Of a stretch of 64,000 bases of DNA, positions 18,681-32,693 are shown one piece after another; within the stretch, counting starts at the first letter, position 1, and each line of letters begins with the position of its first letter. The DNA lies in contig CAVSGM010000001.1 in the NCBI GenBank assembly GCA_963727485.1, positions 1,024,001-1,088,000 of the forward strand. Reading direction: 5' to 3'. The stretch is from an uncultured delta proteobacterium. GTDB lineage: Bacteria; Myxococcota; Myxococcia; SLRQ01. Position numbers and translations under genes: made by a program. Under the pieces are notes generated by a model. It was not told the origin of the DNA. It made no database searches and was given only the letters and a program-made list of their open reading frames with translations.

Positions 18681-19733
18681 ATGGCGATGATGCACCGCTT
18701 CGGCGCCTACGAGCTGCAACGTCGGATCGGGGTGGGGGGGATGGCCGAGATCTGGCTGGCAATCCGCCGCGGGCCCCACGGCTTCGCCCGGCAGGTGGCC
18801 CTCAAGCGCATCCTCCCGGCCCACGCCACCGACGAGGCCTTCGTCCGCTCCTTCCTCCAGGAGGCCCGGCTCCTCTCGCAGCTCTCGCACCCCAACGTGG
18901 TGCAGGTCCACGAGGCCGGGGACGTCGACGGCACCTGGTACCTCACCATGGAGTACGTCCACGGCGCCGACCTGCGGACCCTGCTCCAGCGCTTTCGCCG
19001 CCAGCGTCGCTACCCGCCGCTCGCCTTCACCCTCAACGTCGTCGCCGACCTCTGCGCCGCCCTCGAGCACGTCCACGGGGCCACCGACGACCGGGGCCGG
19101 TCCCTCGGTCTCATCCACCGCGACGTCTCCCCCCACAACCTCCTGGTGAGCCTCGAAGGGGTGGTGAAGCTCACGGACTTCGGCATCGCCAAGGCCCTGG
19201 ACCAGGAGCACAAGACCGCCACCGGGATCCTCAAGGGCAAGATCGCCTACATGGCCCCGGAGCAGGTCCGGGGGGTGCCCGTGGATCCGCGCACCGACCT
19301 CTTCCAGGCGGGGATCGTCTTCTACGAGTGCCTGACCCTGGCCCACCCGTTCCTCGGCGGCGCCACCGGCGAGACCCTGGCGCGGATCCTCGCCGGGAAG
19401 ACCACCCGGCCCCGGACCCGGCGCCCCGAGGTGCCCCAGGTGGTCGAGGATGTCCTCCGGGACGCCCTCCGCCCCCGCCCCGACGACCGGTTCCCGGCGG
19501 CGTCGGTGATGCGCCGGGCCTGCGAGGCGGCCCTGGCCACCCTCGAGCTCCCCCGGGGCCCGGGCCCGATCCGGGCGCAGATGAGCCTCCTCTTCCCCGA
19601 GCTCAAGAGCCGGCGGCGCCCGGCGACCCCGCCCCCGATCCCCCCGGAGGCCCTCTCGGCGCCCACCCGCGACGAGGTCCGGCCCCGGCGCCCGGGGGCG
19701 CCGCCGCCGGGGACCCCCGGCGAGCGTCACTAG
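18681..19733 (+). CDS. Hanks-type Ser/Thr protein kinase
   Basis: IGVGGMAEIW, VALKRI, HRDVSPHN, DFGIAK, YMAPEQ; GGAGG at 18676-18680 (start may be 18687 or 18690). Confidence 0.95.
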   Translation: MAMMHRFGAYELQRRIGVGGMAEIWLAIRRGPHGFARQVALKRILPAHATDEAFVRSFLQEARLLSQLSHPNVVQVHEAGDVDGTWYLTMEYVHGADLRTLLQRFRRQRRYPPLAFTLNVVADLCAALEHVHGATDDRGRSLGLIHRDVSPHNLLVSLEGVVKLTDFGIAKALDQEHKTATGILKGKIAYMAPEQVRGVPVDPRTDLFQAGIVFYECLTLAHPFLGGATGETLARILAGKTTRPRTRRPEVPQVVEDVLRDALRPRPDDRFPAASVMRRACEAALATLELPRGPGPIRAQMSLLFPELKSRRRPATPPPIPPEALSAPTRDEVRPRRPGAPPPGTPGERH

Positions 19734-19815
19734 GGCGCGCGCCACCCGCCCGGCGACGGTCTCCCACCCGCGTCCGGTTTTTTGACGGACCCGGTTACGC
19801 CGGTACCGTGGGCCC

Positions 19816-20652
19816 ATGGTGCGGCGTCTCCCGGTGCTGGTCCTCGTGCTCCTCCTCCCCACCGTGGCCCGGGCCGGGGGCGCCCACCCTCGCCGTCACC
19901 CGGCCCACCCCAAGGCGGCGGCGCACCCCCTGGTCATCGCCCTCGACGCCGGGCACGGCGGGGCCAAGTCCGGGGCCGTGGGGGTCCACCACCTCCTGGA
20001 GAAGAACGTCACCCGGCGGGTGATCGCCAATCTCGCCCGGCGCCTGCGCCGGCAGGGCTACGAGGTCCACCTCACCCGCCCCGGGGACCAGGACGTGGGC
20101 CTGCGGGAGCGGGTGCGCCGGGCCAACGCCTGGCACGCCGACGTCTTCGTCTCGGTCCACTGCAACGCCGTCGCCGGCCGCCGGGCGCGTCGCGAGTCCA
20201 AGGGCATCGAGACCTACTTCCTCTCCGCCGACGCCACCGACGAGGCGGCAAGGCGCCTCGCCGAGCAGGAGAACGCCGCCGGCGACGCGCCCACCCCCAA
20301 GGTCCAGGCGAACCCGGTGGCGGCCATCTTGCGTGACCTGGTGGTCAACGCCTCCCAGGCCGAGTCGAGCCACCTCGCCGACGCCATCCAGCACAGCCTG
20401 GTGCGGGCGATGCGCTGGCCCGACCGGGGGGTGCGCCAGGCGCCCTTCGCGGTCCTCAACGGGGCCAAGATGCCCGCGGTGCTGGTGGAGATCGGCTTCA
20501 TCACCAACCCGGTGGAGGGCCGGGCCCTCGGGCGCCCGGCGGACCAGCGTCGCATCGCCGCGGCCATCGGCCGAGGGGTCCGGCGTTTCCTCCACGTCCT
20601 CGACCGGCACCGTCGCCCGGTGCAGCTCGCCGAGCGCGATCCCGTCCGGTAG
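19816..20652 (+). CDS. N-acetylmuramoyl-L-alanine amidase (Amidase_3), secreted
   Basis: Signal peptide; LDAGHGG, LEK, FVSVHCNA, AVLVEIGFITN. Confidence 0.93.
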   Translation: MVRRLPVLVLVLLLPTVARAGGAHPRRHPAHPKAAAHPLVIALDAGHGGAKSGAVGVHHLLEKNVTRRVIANLARRLRRQGYEVHLTRPGDQDVGLRERVRRANAWHADVFVSVHCNAVAGRRARRESKGIETYFLSADATDEAARRLAEQENAAGDAPTPKVQANPVAAILRDLVVNASQAESSHLADAIQHSLVRAMRWPDRGVRQAPFAVLNGAKMPAVLVEIGFITNPVEGRALGRPADQRRIAAAIGRGVRRFLHVLDRHRRPVQLAERDPVR

Positions 20653-20697
20653 GCGGCGCCGCGGTCTCCAGCCTCGACCCCGGGGGCCCGGTGGCCT

Positions 20698-21438
20698 ATG
20701 GTGCGCGCCATGTACATCGAGCGCGCCGGCCGGGGCCTTGACGCCCTGCGGCCCATCACCATCGTCCCCGACTTCACCCGGCACCCCGAGGGCAGCGCCC
20801 TGGTGACCTTCGGGGAGACCCGGGTCCTGTGCACCGCCAGCTACGAGGGGCGGGTGCCGCCGTTTCGCATGGGCTCGGGCGAGGGGTGGATCACCGCCGA
20901 GTACGGCATGCTCCCCCGGGCCACCCACACCCGCAGCGACCGCGAGGCCGCCAAGGGCAAGCAGAAGGGGCGCACGGTGGAGATCCAGCGCCTCATCGGC
21001 CGGTCGCTGCGCCAGGCGGTGGACCTGAAGGCCCTCGGCGAGCGCACCTTCGTCATCGACTGCGACGTGCTCCAGGCCGACGGGGGCACCCGCACCGCGG
21101 CGATCACCGGCGGCTACGTGGCGCTCGCCATCGCGCTCAAGCGCCTCCAGGCCGACGGCACCCTCTCGGTGGACCCGCTGCGGGCCCCGGTGGCGGCGGT
21201 GAGCGTGGGCCTCATCGGCGGCGAGGTGCGCCTCGACCTCGACTACGCCGAGGACAGCAACGCCGAGGTGGACATGAACGTCGTCGCCAACGTCGAGCGG
21301 GAGCTCATCGAGGTCCAGGGCACCGGCGAGGGGCGGACCTTCGCCCGCAGCCAGCTCGACCAGATGCTCGACCTCGCCCTCGAGGGCATCGAGCGCCTCG
21401 CGGTGCACCAGCGCGCGGCCATCGAGGCGGCGGGATGA
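20698..21438 (+). CDS. rph: Ribonuclease PH
   Basis: [53 protein letters not shown]. Confidence 0.97.
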   Translation: MVRAMYIERAGRGLDALRPITIVPDFTRHPEGSALVTFGETRVLCTASYEGRVPPFRMGSGEGWITAEYGMLPRATHTRSDREAAKGKQKGRTVEIQRLIGRSLRQAVDLKALGERTFVIDCDVLQADGGTRTAAITGGYVALAIALKRLQADGTLSVDPLRAPVAAVSVGLIGGEVRLDLDYAEDSNAEVDMNVVANVERELIEVQGTGEGRTFARSQLDQMLDLALEGIERLAVHQRAAIEAAG

Positions 21439-22082
21439 AGCGGCTGGTGGTCGCCTCGAGGAGCGCCCACAAGCTCGAGGAGCTCCGCCGGATGGTGGCG
21501 CCGCTCCTCGAGGCCGGGCGCCTCGAGGTGGTGAGCGTCGCCGAGGTCGAGGCCGAGACCGGCGCCGCCCTCCCGGAGGTCGAGGAGGACGCCCCGGACT
21601 TCGCCGGCAACGCCGAGAAGAAGGCCCGGGCGATCGCCGAGCACGCCGGGCACCTGGCCCTGGGCGACGACTCGGGGCTCTGCGTCGACGCCCTCGGCGG
21701 CGCCCCGGGGGTCTACTCGGCGCGCTACAGCGGCGCCGAGGGCGAGTGGCGGGACGCCGCCAACAACGAGAAGCTCCTCGCCGAGCTCCAAGGCGTCCCC
21801 GAGGCGCAGCGGGGGGCGTCGTTCGTCTGCGCCCTGTCCCTGGTGGCCCCCGACGGCCGGGTGTGGCAGGTCGAGGGCCGCTGCCACGGCCGCATCGCCC
21901 TGGTGCCCCGGGGCGAGGGGGGCTTCGGCTACGATCCCCTCTTCGTGAGCCTGGAGCCGGGTCTCGACGGGACCCGGACCCACGGGGAGCTCACCGCCGA
22001 GGAGAAGGACCGGGTCAGCCACCGGGGCCGGGCCCTCCGGGCGCTGCTGCCGCTCCTCGACGAGGTGGTGGGCGAACCGTGA
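21435..22082 (+). CDS. rdgB: RdgB/HAM1 non-canonical purine NTP pyrophosphatase
   Basis: [39 protein letters not shown] overlap with rph. Confidence 0.95.
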   Translation: MKRLVVASRSAHKLEELRRMVAPLLEAGRLEVVSVAEVEAETGAALPEVEEDAPDFAGNAEKKARAIAEHAGHLALGDDSGLCVDALGGAPGVYSARYSGAEGEWRDAANNEKLLAELQGVPEAQRGASFVCALSLVAPDGRVWQVEGRCHGRIALVPRGEGGFGYDPLFVSLEPGLDGTRTHGELTAEEKDRVSHRGRALRALLPLLDEVVGEP

Positions 22083-22090
22083 CTCCGCTC

Positions 22091-22119
22091 TTGACGTCCC
22101 GCCGGAGCTGCTCTAATAC
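22091..22119 (+). promoter_or_regulatory. Sigma70-like promoter of the tRNA operon
   Basis: TTGACG-N17-TAATAC, 16 nt before tRNA-Pro. Confidence 0.6.
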
Positions 22120-22135
22120 GACCGCTCCCGCGTTG

Positions 22136-22212
<77 letters not shown>

Positions 22213-22229
22213 TTCCCACAGACGGGTTC

Positions 22230-22306
22230 GCGCCAGTAGCTCAGTCGGATAGAGCAGCGGCCTTCTAAGCCGCGGGTCGGGGGTTCGATCCCCTCCTGGC
22301 GCGCCA
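22230..22306 (+). tRNA. tRNA-Arg(TCT)
   Basis: Anticodon arm GCGGC-CTTCTAA-GCCGC; GTTCGATC; CCA. Confidence 0.96.
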
Positions 22307-22330
22307 AAAGGCCACACACATCGCGAATAC

Positions 22331-22407
22331 GGTGACCATAGCTCAATTGGCAGAGCGCCGGACTGTGGCTCCGGAGGTTGAGGGTTCAATCCCCTCTGGT
22401 CACCCCA
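22331..22407 (+). tRNA. tRNA-His(GTG), including encoded G-1
   Basis: Anticodon arm CCGGA-CTGTGGC-TCCGG; CCA. Confidence 0.95.
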
Positions 22408-22424
22408 AGATGCACCACGGACAT

Positions 22425-22500
22425 GGGGGCGTAGCTCAACTGGCAGAGCAATGGACTCTTAATCCATAGGTTGAAGGTTCGATTCCTTCCGCCCTCACCA
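22425..22500 (+). tRNA. tRNA-Lys(CTT)
   Basis: Anticodon arm ATGGA-CTCTTAA-TCCAT; GTTCGATTC; CCA. Confidence 0.96.
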
Positions 22501-22504
22501 TCCG

Positions 22505-22541
22505 AAGGCCGCCGGTACTCAAGGTACCGGCGGCCTTTTTT
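22505..22541 (+). terminator. Intrinsic terminator of the tRNA operon
   Basis: AAGGCCGCCGGTAC-TCAAG-GTACCGGCGGCC-TTTTTT. Confidence 0.9.
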
Positions 22542-22560
22542 CGTCCCGGGGGCCGTCGGG

Positions 22561-23185
22561 TCAGAGCCGGCTCTGGCTCCGGCCGATGGCCCGGAGGAGC
22601 GGTCCGGTCGGGGCGATCCCCCGGAGGCTGACGTCCAGGAGGTAGGGCCTCGGCTGGCCCGGCGCCGGCGGGTAGACCGCGGTCTGGCCGCAGCTCTCCT
22701 CCTCGCCCCGGAGGGCGACCCGGAGGGTGTAGGTCACCGGGTGCCGCGTCGCCGGCAGGGGGCAGGCGAGGCGCGGATCGCGCTGCCACCCCGGGCGCAG
22801 GGGCCGGTCGGCGTAGCACACCAGCGCTCCGTCGCCGTCGAGGACCTGGAGGCAGTATCCCCCGGGGCCCCCCTCGTCCTCGCAGCCGCCGCCCGGTCCC
22901 GCCGTCGGCCTCGGCCTCGTGGTCCCCGGCGGGGCGGCCGAGGGTCTGGTAGACGTCGGCGTCGAGGGTGGCGAAGAGGATCTCACCCCCGGCGCTCCGG
23001 AAGGTGTAGTCGGCGTAGGCGCCGGTGAGGGCCCCGGCCACCGAGCCCACCCCGGCCTCCCTCACCACCTGGGCCCCGGCGGGGTCCGGGCGGGCGAGGC
23101 CGCAGGCGAGCACCAGGGCGACCGCGGCGACGACGAGGCCGCTGCCGAGGCTCGCCCGGACGAGGAGTCGCGGTCGAGGCGTCAT
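22561..23185 (-). CDS. Exported hypothetical protein, frameshift near 22893
   Basis: Signal-like N-terminus; removing one G joins ...EADGGT to GGGCEDEGGPGGYCLQV...; overlaps the stop of the upstream gene. Confidence 0.6.
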
Positions 23186-24274
23186 CGCCGGTGCCCCCCG
23201 CCGCCGCCCGGCTTGCTGTTGATGAAGATGTCGATCCAGGTCAGCCCGCCGCCCACGTCGCCGGCGAGGCGCGGGTCACCTTCGGGGATCACCTCGGCGG
23301 TGCCGGCGGTGCCGGCCACGTTGACCACCGCGGTGTTGGTGTCGAACGAGGTGTTCAGGGTGTGGGTGCAGGGGCCGCCCACGTCGGGGCCGCCGTCGAG
23401 GACGAAGGTGAGCCGGTAGAGGCCCGCGCCCTCGCCGGTCTTCCGCAGGTTGAGGTTGTAGCCGTAGATGAGGTTGCCCCCGACGTTCACCTCGGCGTTG
23501 AAGCCGCCGGCGTAGGTCGACCCCTCGAAGGACGGCGAGTTGGCGCCGTTCACCCACCGGCCGCCGGTGCCGCTCCAGGTGAGCTGCGCCGGGTCGCCGG
23601 TCACCTTCTGGATCAGGAACCGGGTGCAGGCCGAGTACACGGTGGCGTGGAAGCCCGGGTGCACGGTGGTCGGGTCCACCAGCGACTGGTCGGTGCCCCG
23701 CATCTCGCTCGGGGAGTTCTCGGTCCCCGGGACCGCCGGGCTCATGGCGAAGGCGAAGAGGTCCTCCGCGCTCACGCCGCCGGGGCTGCCGGTGGCGTCC
23801 TCGTAGAGGACGGTCTCCACCCGGATTCTGGGAGCGGGTGTTGAGGTTGGTCCTCGACTCCAGGAGGTCACCCCAGTCGATGGCGGTGACCGCCAGGGGC
23901 TCGGTGGCCACCGGGCTGGGGGCCTGCCAGGTGTTCTCGGGCCGCTGCTGGAGCCACCAGATGGTGGTGCCGTCGTACCAGCACGGGGCGTCGGCCAGGG
24001 CCACCGCCGGGTAGCACTGGGTCGAAGGCTCCGAGATTGGCGCGAAGGTCCAGCTCCCCGAGGGCAGGAACACCCAGCCGTCCGGGGCCACGCCGTCCCC
24101 GAAGATCACCGGGTAGGAGAGGCTGTTGGCCGCGGTCTCCTCCCCGGGCGGCTGCTGGCCGCCGCCCTGGCCCGGAGGGCCCTGACCGCCGGGGCCCCTG
24201 CCCTTGCCCTGGGCGAGGGCGGCGGTGGCCGGCAAGAGGATCAGGATCGCGAGCAGGTACACGACGCGCTTCAT
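23182..24274 (-). CDS. Secreted hypothetical protein, frameshift near 23827
   Basis: Signal peptide MKRVVYLLAILILLPATAALA; removing one A joins ...IDWGDLLESRTNLNTRSQ to IRVETVLY.... Confidence 0.7.
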
Positions 24275-24427
24275 GGCGTTCCCCCCGTTTCAGGCGCCGG
24301 GCCCCTCGCCCGGCGCGTGGATGCACCGCCGTCGCGGTGCACTTGGGAGGCTCGTCACCGGGCCTCGGGGATCAATCCGGGCAGATGCCCCTCGGGGACG
24401 GCGCCCCCCGGCGGGGTGGGACCGCCG

Positions 24428-24805
24428 TCACCGGGTGGCGGTGTCCTCCAGCGCGGCCCGGAGCTCGGCGAGGAGGCCCGGCGGCACCTGGCCCCCCGCG
24501 GCCTCCCGGGCCCGGTCGGCGGCGCCCCGGGCGTGGAGGAGATTGAGGATGCCCGCGAGGGCGTAGACGGCGCCGGCGGCCTGGTGGGGGCGGTGGCTGG
24601 CGAGGCCGGCCTCCGCGAGGACCAGGTACCGGCGGGCGAGGCGCTCGAGCTCGGCCGGGGCGAGGGGACCCATGCGTCGGGGTCGGGGCCGCGGATCGTG
24701 GCGCCGGTCGGCGGCGGTGAAGCCCGGCCGGGACGAGGTCTCGGGAACCGGGCCGGGGCCCGACGGTGAACCTGCCTGGGACGCGCCCTGCGTCTCGCGG
24801 TACAT
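24428..24805 (-). CDS. Small hypothetical protein
   Basis: GGGGGA upstream of ATG 24805 (alternative ATG 24673); helical C-terminal half. Confidence 0.45.
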   Translation of the reverse strand: MYRETQGASQAGSPSGPGPVPETSSRPGFTAADRRHDPRPRPRRMGPLAPAELERLARRYLVLAEAGLASHRPHQAAGAVYALAGILNLLHARGAADRAREAAGGQVPPGLLAELRAALEDTATR

Positions 24806-25013
24806 GATTTCCCCCCTGGGACCTGCGGCGGGCGCGCGGGGCATCCACGCACCCTTCACAGGACCGACAGGCTAGACAGCGGGGAGGGTGGGGCAAGCGC
24901 GTGGCGACGGCGGGACGGCGGCGTCGCCAGGGGGGGACGCGGGGGCCTCACGCGCCTTGACCTGCCCCGGCCGGGTGCCATACGTACATCCGCCCACCGC
25001 AACCAACTTCCCT

Positions 25014-25099
25014 GCGAGCGTGGCGAAACGGGTAGACGCGCCAGACTTAGGATCTGGTGGCCAAAGGCCGTGGGGGTTCGAGTCCCTCCGCTCGCACCA
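25014..25099 (+). tRNA. tRNA-Leu(TAG)
   Basis: Anticodon arm CCAGA-CTTAGGA-TCTGG, long variable arm, CCA; sits directly before tig. Confidence 0.96.
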
Positions 25100-25145
25100 T
25101 CGCGGCCTACCGCCCCGCCCCGCCCCTGGCGCCTGGAGCACCCTG

Positions 25146-26672
25146 ATGAAGGTCACCGTCGAGGATCTTTCCCCTGTCCTGAAGAAGCTCTCCGTGGAGC
25201 TGCCCCCGGAGACCGTCGACAAGGCCCTCGACCGGGCCTATCGCGCCGTCGGTCGCAAGGCGAAGATCCGCGGCTTCCGCCCGGGCAAGGTGCCCCGCCG
25301 GATCCTCGAGATGCACTACGGCCACCAGGTGCTCCACGAGGTCGCCGAGGATCTCGTCCGCGAGACCTACGCCGAGGCCCTCGAGCAGGAGAAGATCGAG
25401 CCGGTGGCCTACCCCGAGGTCGAGGAGACCGGCCACGTCCACCCGGGCGAGACCTGGAGCTACTCGGCCAAGGTGTCGGTGCTCCCCGAGGTGAAGGTCA
25501 CCGAGTACGAGGGCCTCGCCGGCCAGGCGCCCACGGTCGAGGTCGGAAGCGAGGACGTCGACGGCGAGATCGATCGGATCCGCGAGGCCATGGCCCAGCT
25601 GGTCCCGGTGGAGGATCGGAAGACCGCCGAGGACGGCGACTACGTGGTCGCCGACGTGGAGGCCACCCACGACGGGCAGCGCCTCGACGACGCCTCGGGC
25701 GAGGGCTTCACCTTCGAGGTCGTGGAGGGTGACCTCACCCAGGGGAACCTCCCGGAGGCCGCGGGCAAGGCCCTGGGCGAGACGGTGACCTTCACCCAGG
25801 CCTTCCCCGCCGACCACCCCAGCGACCAGCTCAAGGGCAAGAAGGTGAGCTTCGCCGCCACCCTCAAGCAGCTCAAGCGCCGGGAGATCCCCGCCGCCGA
25901 CGACGAGCTGGCCAAGGATCTCGGTGAGGACGGCGTGGACAGCCTCCTGGCGCTCCGGGGCCTCATCCGCGAGCGGCTCACCACCCGTCGGCAGAAGGAC
26001 GCCGACCGCGACCTCCGGGACAGCCTCCTCGACAGCCTCGTGGAGAAGAACCCCATCGACGTGCCCCCGGTCCTCGTCGACCGCACCGCCGAGGCCATGG
26101 TCCGGCCGGTCCTCGAGCAGATGCTCCGCGCCGGCCTCGACCCCGAGCAGCTCGGCCAGGACGGCGGCCTCCGCCAGATGCTCGACGAGGTCCGGCCCCG
26201 GGCGGAGAAGGTGGTCAAGGGCTCGCTCCTGCTCCGGGCGCTCGCCGAGCAGGAGAAGCTCGAGGTGGCCGACGAGGACATCGAGGCCCACTATGCCGAG
26301 GTGGCCGAGGAGACGGGCAACCCCGTGGAGAAGGTCCGCGCCACCTTCAAGAAGAACGCCGAGGAGTTCGAGTCCCTGAAGCGCCGGCTCCTCGAGGACA
26401 AGGCGCTTGCCTTCATCAAGGACCGGGCTAGCATCTCCGAACCCGCGCCAGCCGCCGAGGAGGGGAAGGCCGAAGGCGCCGCCGAGGTTGAGAAGAAGCC
26501 GGCGAAGAAGGCCACCAAGAAGGCCACCGCCAAGAAGGCGCCGGCGAAGAAGGCGGCCACCGAGAAGCCCGCCACCGAGAAGACCGCGTCCAAGAAGGCC
26601 GCCACCAAGAAGGCCCCGGCGAAGAAGACCACCAAGAAGTCGGGGAAGGCGTCCGGGGACAAGTCGGAGTAA
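25146..26672 (+). CDS. tig: Trigger factor with Lys/Ala-rich C-terminal tail
   Basis: Ribosome-binding motif [12 protein letters not shown]-like middle domain, position upstream of clpPX. Confidence 0.95.
   Translation: MKVTVEDLSPVLKKLSVELPPETVDKALDRAYRAVGRKAKIRGFRPGKVPRRILEMHYGHQVLHEVAEDLVRETYAEALEQEKIEPVAYPEVEETGHVHPGETWSYSAKVSVLPEVKVTEYEGLAGQAPTVEVGSEDVDGEIDRIREAMAQLVPVEDRKTAEDGDYVVADVEATHDGQRLDDASGEGFTFEVVEGDLTQGNLPEAAGKALGETVTFTQAFPADHPSDQLKGKKVSFAATLKQLKRREIPAADDELAKDLGEDGVDSLLALRGLIRERLTTRRQKDADRDLRDSLLDSLVEKNPIDVPPVLVDRTAEAMVRPVLEQMLRAGLDPEQLGQDGGLRQMLDEVRPRAEKVVKGSLLLRALAEQEKLEVADEDIEAHYAEVAEETGNPVEKVRATFKKNAEEFESLKRRLLEDKALAFIKDRASISEPAPAAEEGKAEGAAEVEKKPAKKATKKATAKKAPAKKAATEKPATEKTASKKAATKKAPAKKTTKKSGKASGDKSE
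26494..26640 (+). repeat. PAKK/ATKK low-complexity coding repeat (histone H1-like tail)
   Basis: [49 protein letters not shown]. Confidence 0.8.
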
Positions 26673-26713
26673 GATTCGGATCCCACTCAACGCCCCAACG
26701 GGGGGAGTCATCC

Positions 26714-27334
26714 ATGCCCTACGTGCCCATGCCCTACGTGGTGGAGCAGACCCATCGCGGCGAGCGCACCTACGACATCTACTCCCGGCTCCTCAAGGAC
26801 CGGATCATCTTCCTCGGCACGCCCATCGACGACGACGTGTCGAACGTGGTCACCGCCCAGCTCCTCTTCCTCGACTCCGAGGACCCGGACAAGGACATCA
26901 ACCTCTACATCAACTCCCCGGGCGGCTCGGTGACCGCCGGCCTCGCCATCTACGACACCATGCAGTACGTCAACGCCCCGGTCTCCACCATCTGCGTGGG
27001 CCAGGCGGCGTCGATGGGGGCGGTGCTCCTCGCCGCCGGTGAGCACGGCAAGCGCTTCGCGCTCCCCCACAGCCGGGTGATGATCGACCAGCCCCTCGGC
27101 GGGTTCCAGGGCCAGGCGTCGGACATCGAGATCCACGCCAAGGAGATCATCATGATGAAGGAGATGCTCAACCGGATGCTCGCCGAGCACACCGGCCAGG
27201 ACTACGACCGGATCGCCACCGACACCGATCGTGACTTCTTCATGAGCGCCGGTGCGGCCAAGGAGTACGGCCTCATCGACGAGGTGGTCACCGCCAACAA
27301 GGCCACCGAGGCCAAGGGCGACAAGAAGGACTAG
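26714..27334 (+). CDS. clpP: ClpP protease subunit (catalytic His codon reads as Asp)
   Basis: [42 protein letters not shown]. Confidence 0.96.
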   Translation: MPYVPMPYVVEQTHRGERTYDIYSRLLKDRIIFLGTPIDDDVSNVVTAQLLFLDSEDPDKDINLYINSPGGSVTAGLAIYDTMQYVNAPVSTICVGQAASMGAVLLAAGEHGKRFALPHSRVMIDQPLGGFQGQASDIEIHAKEIIMMKEMLNRMLAEHTGQDYDRIATDTDRDFFMSAGAAKEYGLIDEVVTANKATEAKGDKKD

Positions 27335-27343
27335 GTCCCAGGA

Positions 27344-28585
<1,242 letters not shown>

Positions 28586-28704
28586 CGGCGCCCGGTCCCC
28601 ACCCCTCCTCGAGCCCCGGCCGACGCCCGCCATCGGTCGTCGTCTGGCGCCTGACGCCTCCCGGGCGCTAGATTGGGCGGAACCGGCACCCGGAGCGACG
28701 AGCG

Positions 28705-31141
<2,437 letters not shown>

Positions 31142-31220
31142 ACCGCTCGGCAGCGATGGGGTGGAATAGTCCCCGGTCGCCCGGGTTCCCCCATCTGGCG
31201 GCCGAGGCCGCACCGACTCC

Positions 31221-32693
31221 ATGCGCGTCGCCCGAAAGCTGGTCCTGGCCCTGGTGGTGGTCATCGCTGCCGTCCTCGCGGTGCAGGTGTACCTGCGCGT
31301 CGAGCGCGAGGACGCCATGACCGAGGCCGACATGCGGGGCGACCACGACGTCCTCGCCAAGGGCCTGGCCACGGCGGTGGAGCGGGTGTGGGAGACCCAC
31401 GGCCAGGGCGAGGCCCTGTCGCTGGTCCGGCGTCTCAACCAGGAGGAGCGCAACATCAAGGTCCGGTGGGTGTGGCTCGACGCGCCGCCCGGGAGCGCGG
31501 AGGCGCCCCTGGCCCCCGCGGGCACCCTGGGGCCGGTGCGCAACGGCCGGGAGATCCACGTCGTCGACCGCGCCATCCCCCCCGACGGGGTGCTCCTCAC
31601 CTACCGGCCGGTGGACGTCCCCGGGGGCTTCGGCGGGGCCTTGGAGCTCGCCGAGAGCCTCCAGCCCGAGGAGCGCTACGTGAGCGTGAGCACCATCCGC
31701 TCCGGGGTCACCGCCGCGGTGCTGGCCCTGCTCACCGCCATCGTGGCCCTGGCCCTGGGAACCTGGTTCGTGGGCCGGCCGGTGCAGGCCCTCATCGCCA
31801 AGGCCCGCCGGGTCGGCGACGGCGATCTCGCCGGACCCCTGCACCTCAGGCAGCACGACGAGCTCTCGGAGCTGGCCGAGGAGATGAACCTGATGTGCAC
31901 CCGGCTCTCCGAGGCCAACCGCCGGATCTCCGAGGAGACCCAGGCCAAGCTCCAGGCGGTGGAGCAGCTGCGCCACGCCGACCGTCTGATGACCGTGGGC
32001 ACGCTGGCCGCGGGGATCGCCCACGAGCTGGGGACCCCGATGAACGTCATCGCGGTCAGGGCCAAGATGGTCGCCGACGGCGAGGCCGAGGGCGAGGAGG
32101 CCCGGGAGAACGGCCAGATCATCCGGGAGCAGACGGTGCGGATGACCCGGATCATCCGCCAGCTCCTCGACTTCGCCCGGCCCCAGGCGCCGGCCAAGTC
32201 CCTGGCGGACGTGGGGGCGGTGGCCAAGCAGACCCTCCAGCTCCTCGAGCCCATCGCCTCCCGGAAGCGGGTGCACCTCGAGTGGCGCGACGGGGTCCCG
32301 GGCCTCGACCTCTCCACCGACGTCGACGCCTCCCAGCTCCAGCAGGCCCTCACCAACCTGGTGATGAACGGGATCCAGGCCATGCCCGACGGCGGCCACC
32401 TCGAGGTCACCGCCCGCCGGGTCACCGCCACCGCGCCGGCGGACCAGGGCGGCCGGGCGGGCGAGTTCCTGGCGGTGGAGGTCAGCGACCAGGGCACCGG
32501 CATCGACGAGGGCACCCTGGGCCACATCTTCGAGCCCTTCTTCACCACCAAGGACGTGGGGCAGGGCACGGGCCTCGGCCTCTCGGTCTCCTACGGGATC
32601 GTCCACGAGCATGGGGGCTGGATCGGCGCCGAGAGCCGGCCCGGCGAGGGGAGCCGGTTCACCATCTACCTGCCCACCCGGGAGGAGGCATGA
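31221..32693 (+). CDS. Membrane HAMP sensor histidine kinase
   Basis: Two TMs, HAMP, AHELGTP, NLVMN.IQA, D.G.G, FEPFFTTK, GTGLGL. Confidence 0.95.
   Translation: MRVARKLVLALVVVIAAVLAVQVYLRVEREDAMTEADMRGDHDVLAKGLATAVERVWETHGQGEALSLVRRLNQEERNIKVRWVWLDAPPGSAEAPLAPAGTLGPVRNGREIHVVDRAIPPDGVLLTYRPVDVPGGFGGALELAESLQPEERYVSVSTIRSGVTAAVLALLTAIVALALGTWFVGRPVQALIAKARRVGDGDLAGPLHLRQHDELSELAEEMNLMCTRLSEANRRISEETQAKLQAVEQLRHADRLMTVGTLAAGIAHELGTPMNVIAVRAKMVADGEAEGEEARENGQIIREQTVRMTRIIRQLLDFARPQAPAKSLADVGAVAKQTLQLLEPIASRKRVHLEWRDGVPGLDLSTDVDASQLQQALTNLVMNGIQAMPDGGHLEVTARRVTATAPADQGGRAGEFLAVEVSDQGTGIDEGTLGHIFEPFFTTKDVGQGTGLGLSVSYGIVHEHGGWIGAESRPGEGSRFTIYLPTREEA

Noticed and set aside
24957..24986. Sigma70 promoter for tRNA-Leu/tig (TTGACC)
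   Set aside because: The -35 is plausible but there is no convincing -10 at 16-18 nt spacing, so it is not listed as a feature.
22500..25014. tRNA-anchored prophage or integrative element
   Set aside because: No integrase, phage genes or duplicated tRNA 3' end (att site) found.
26714..26740. 12-nt direct repeat ATGCCCTACGTG at the clpP start
   Set aside because: A short in-frame duplication giving two possible starts; no sign of mobile-element insertion.
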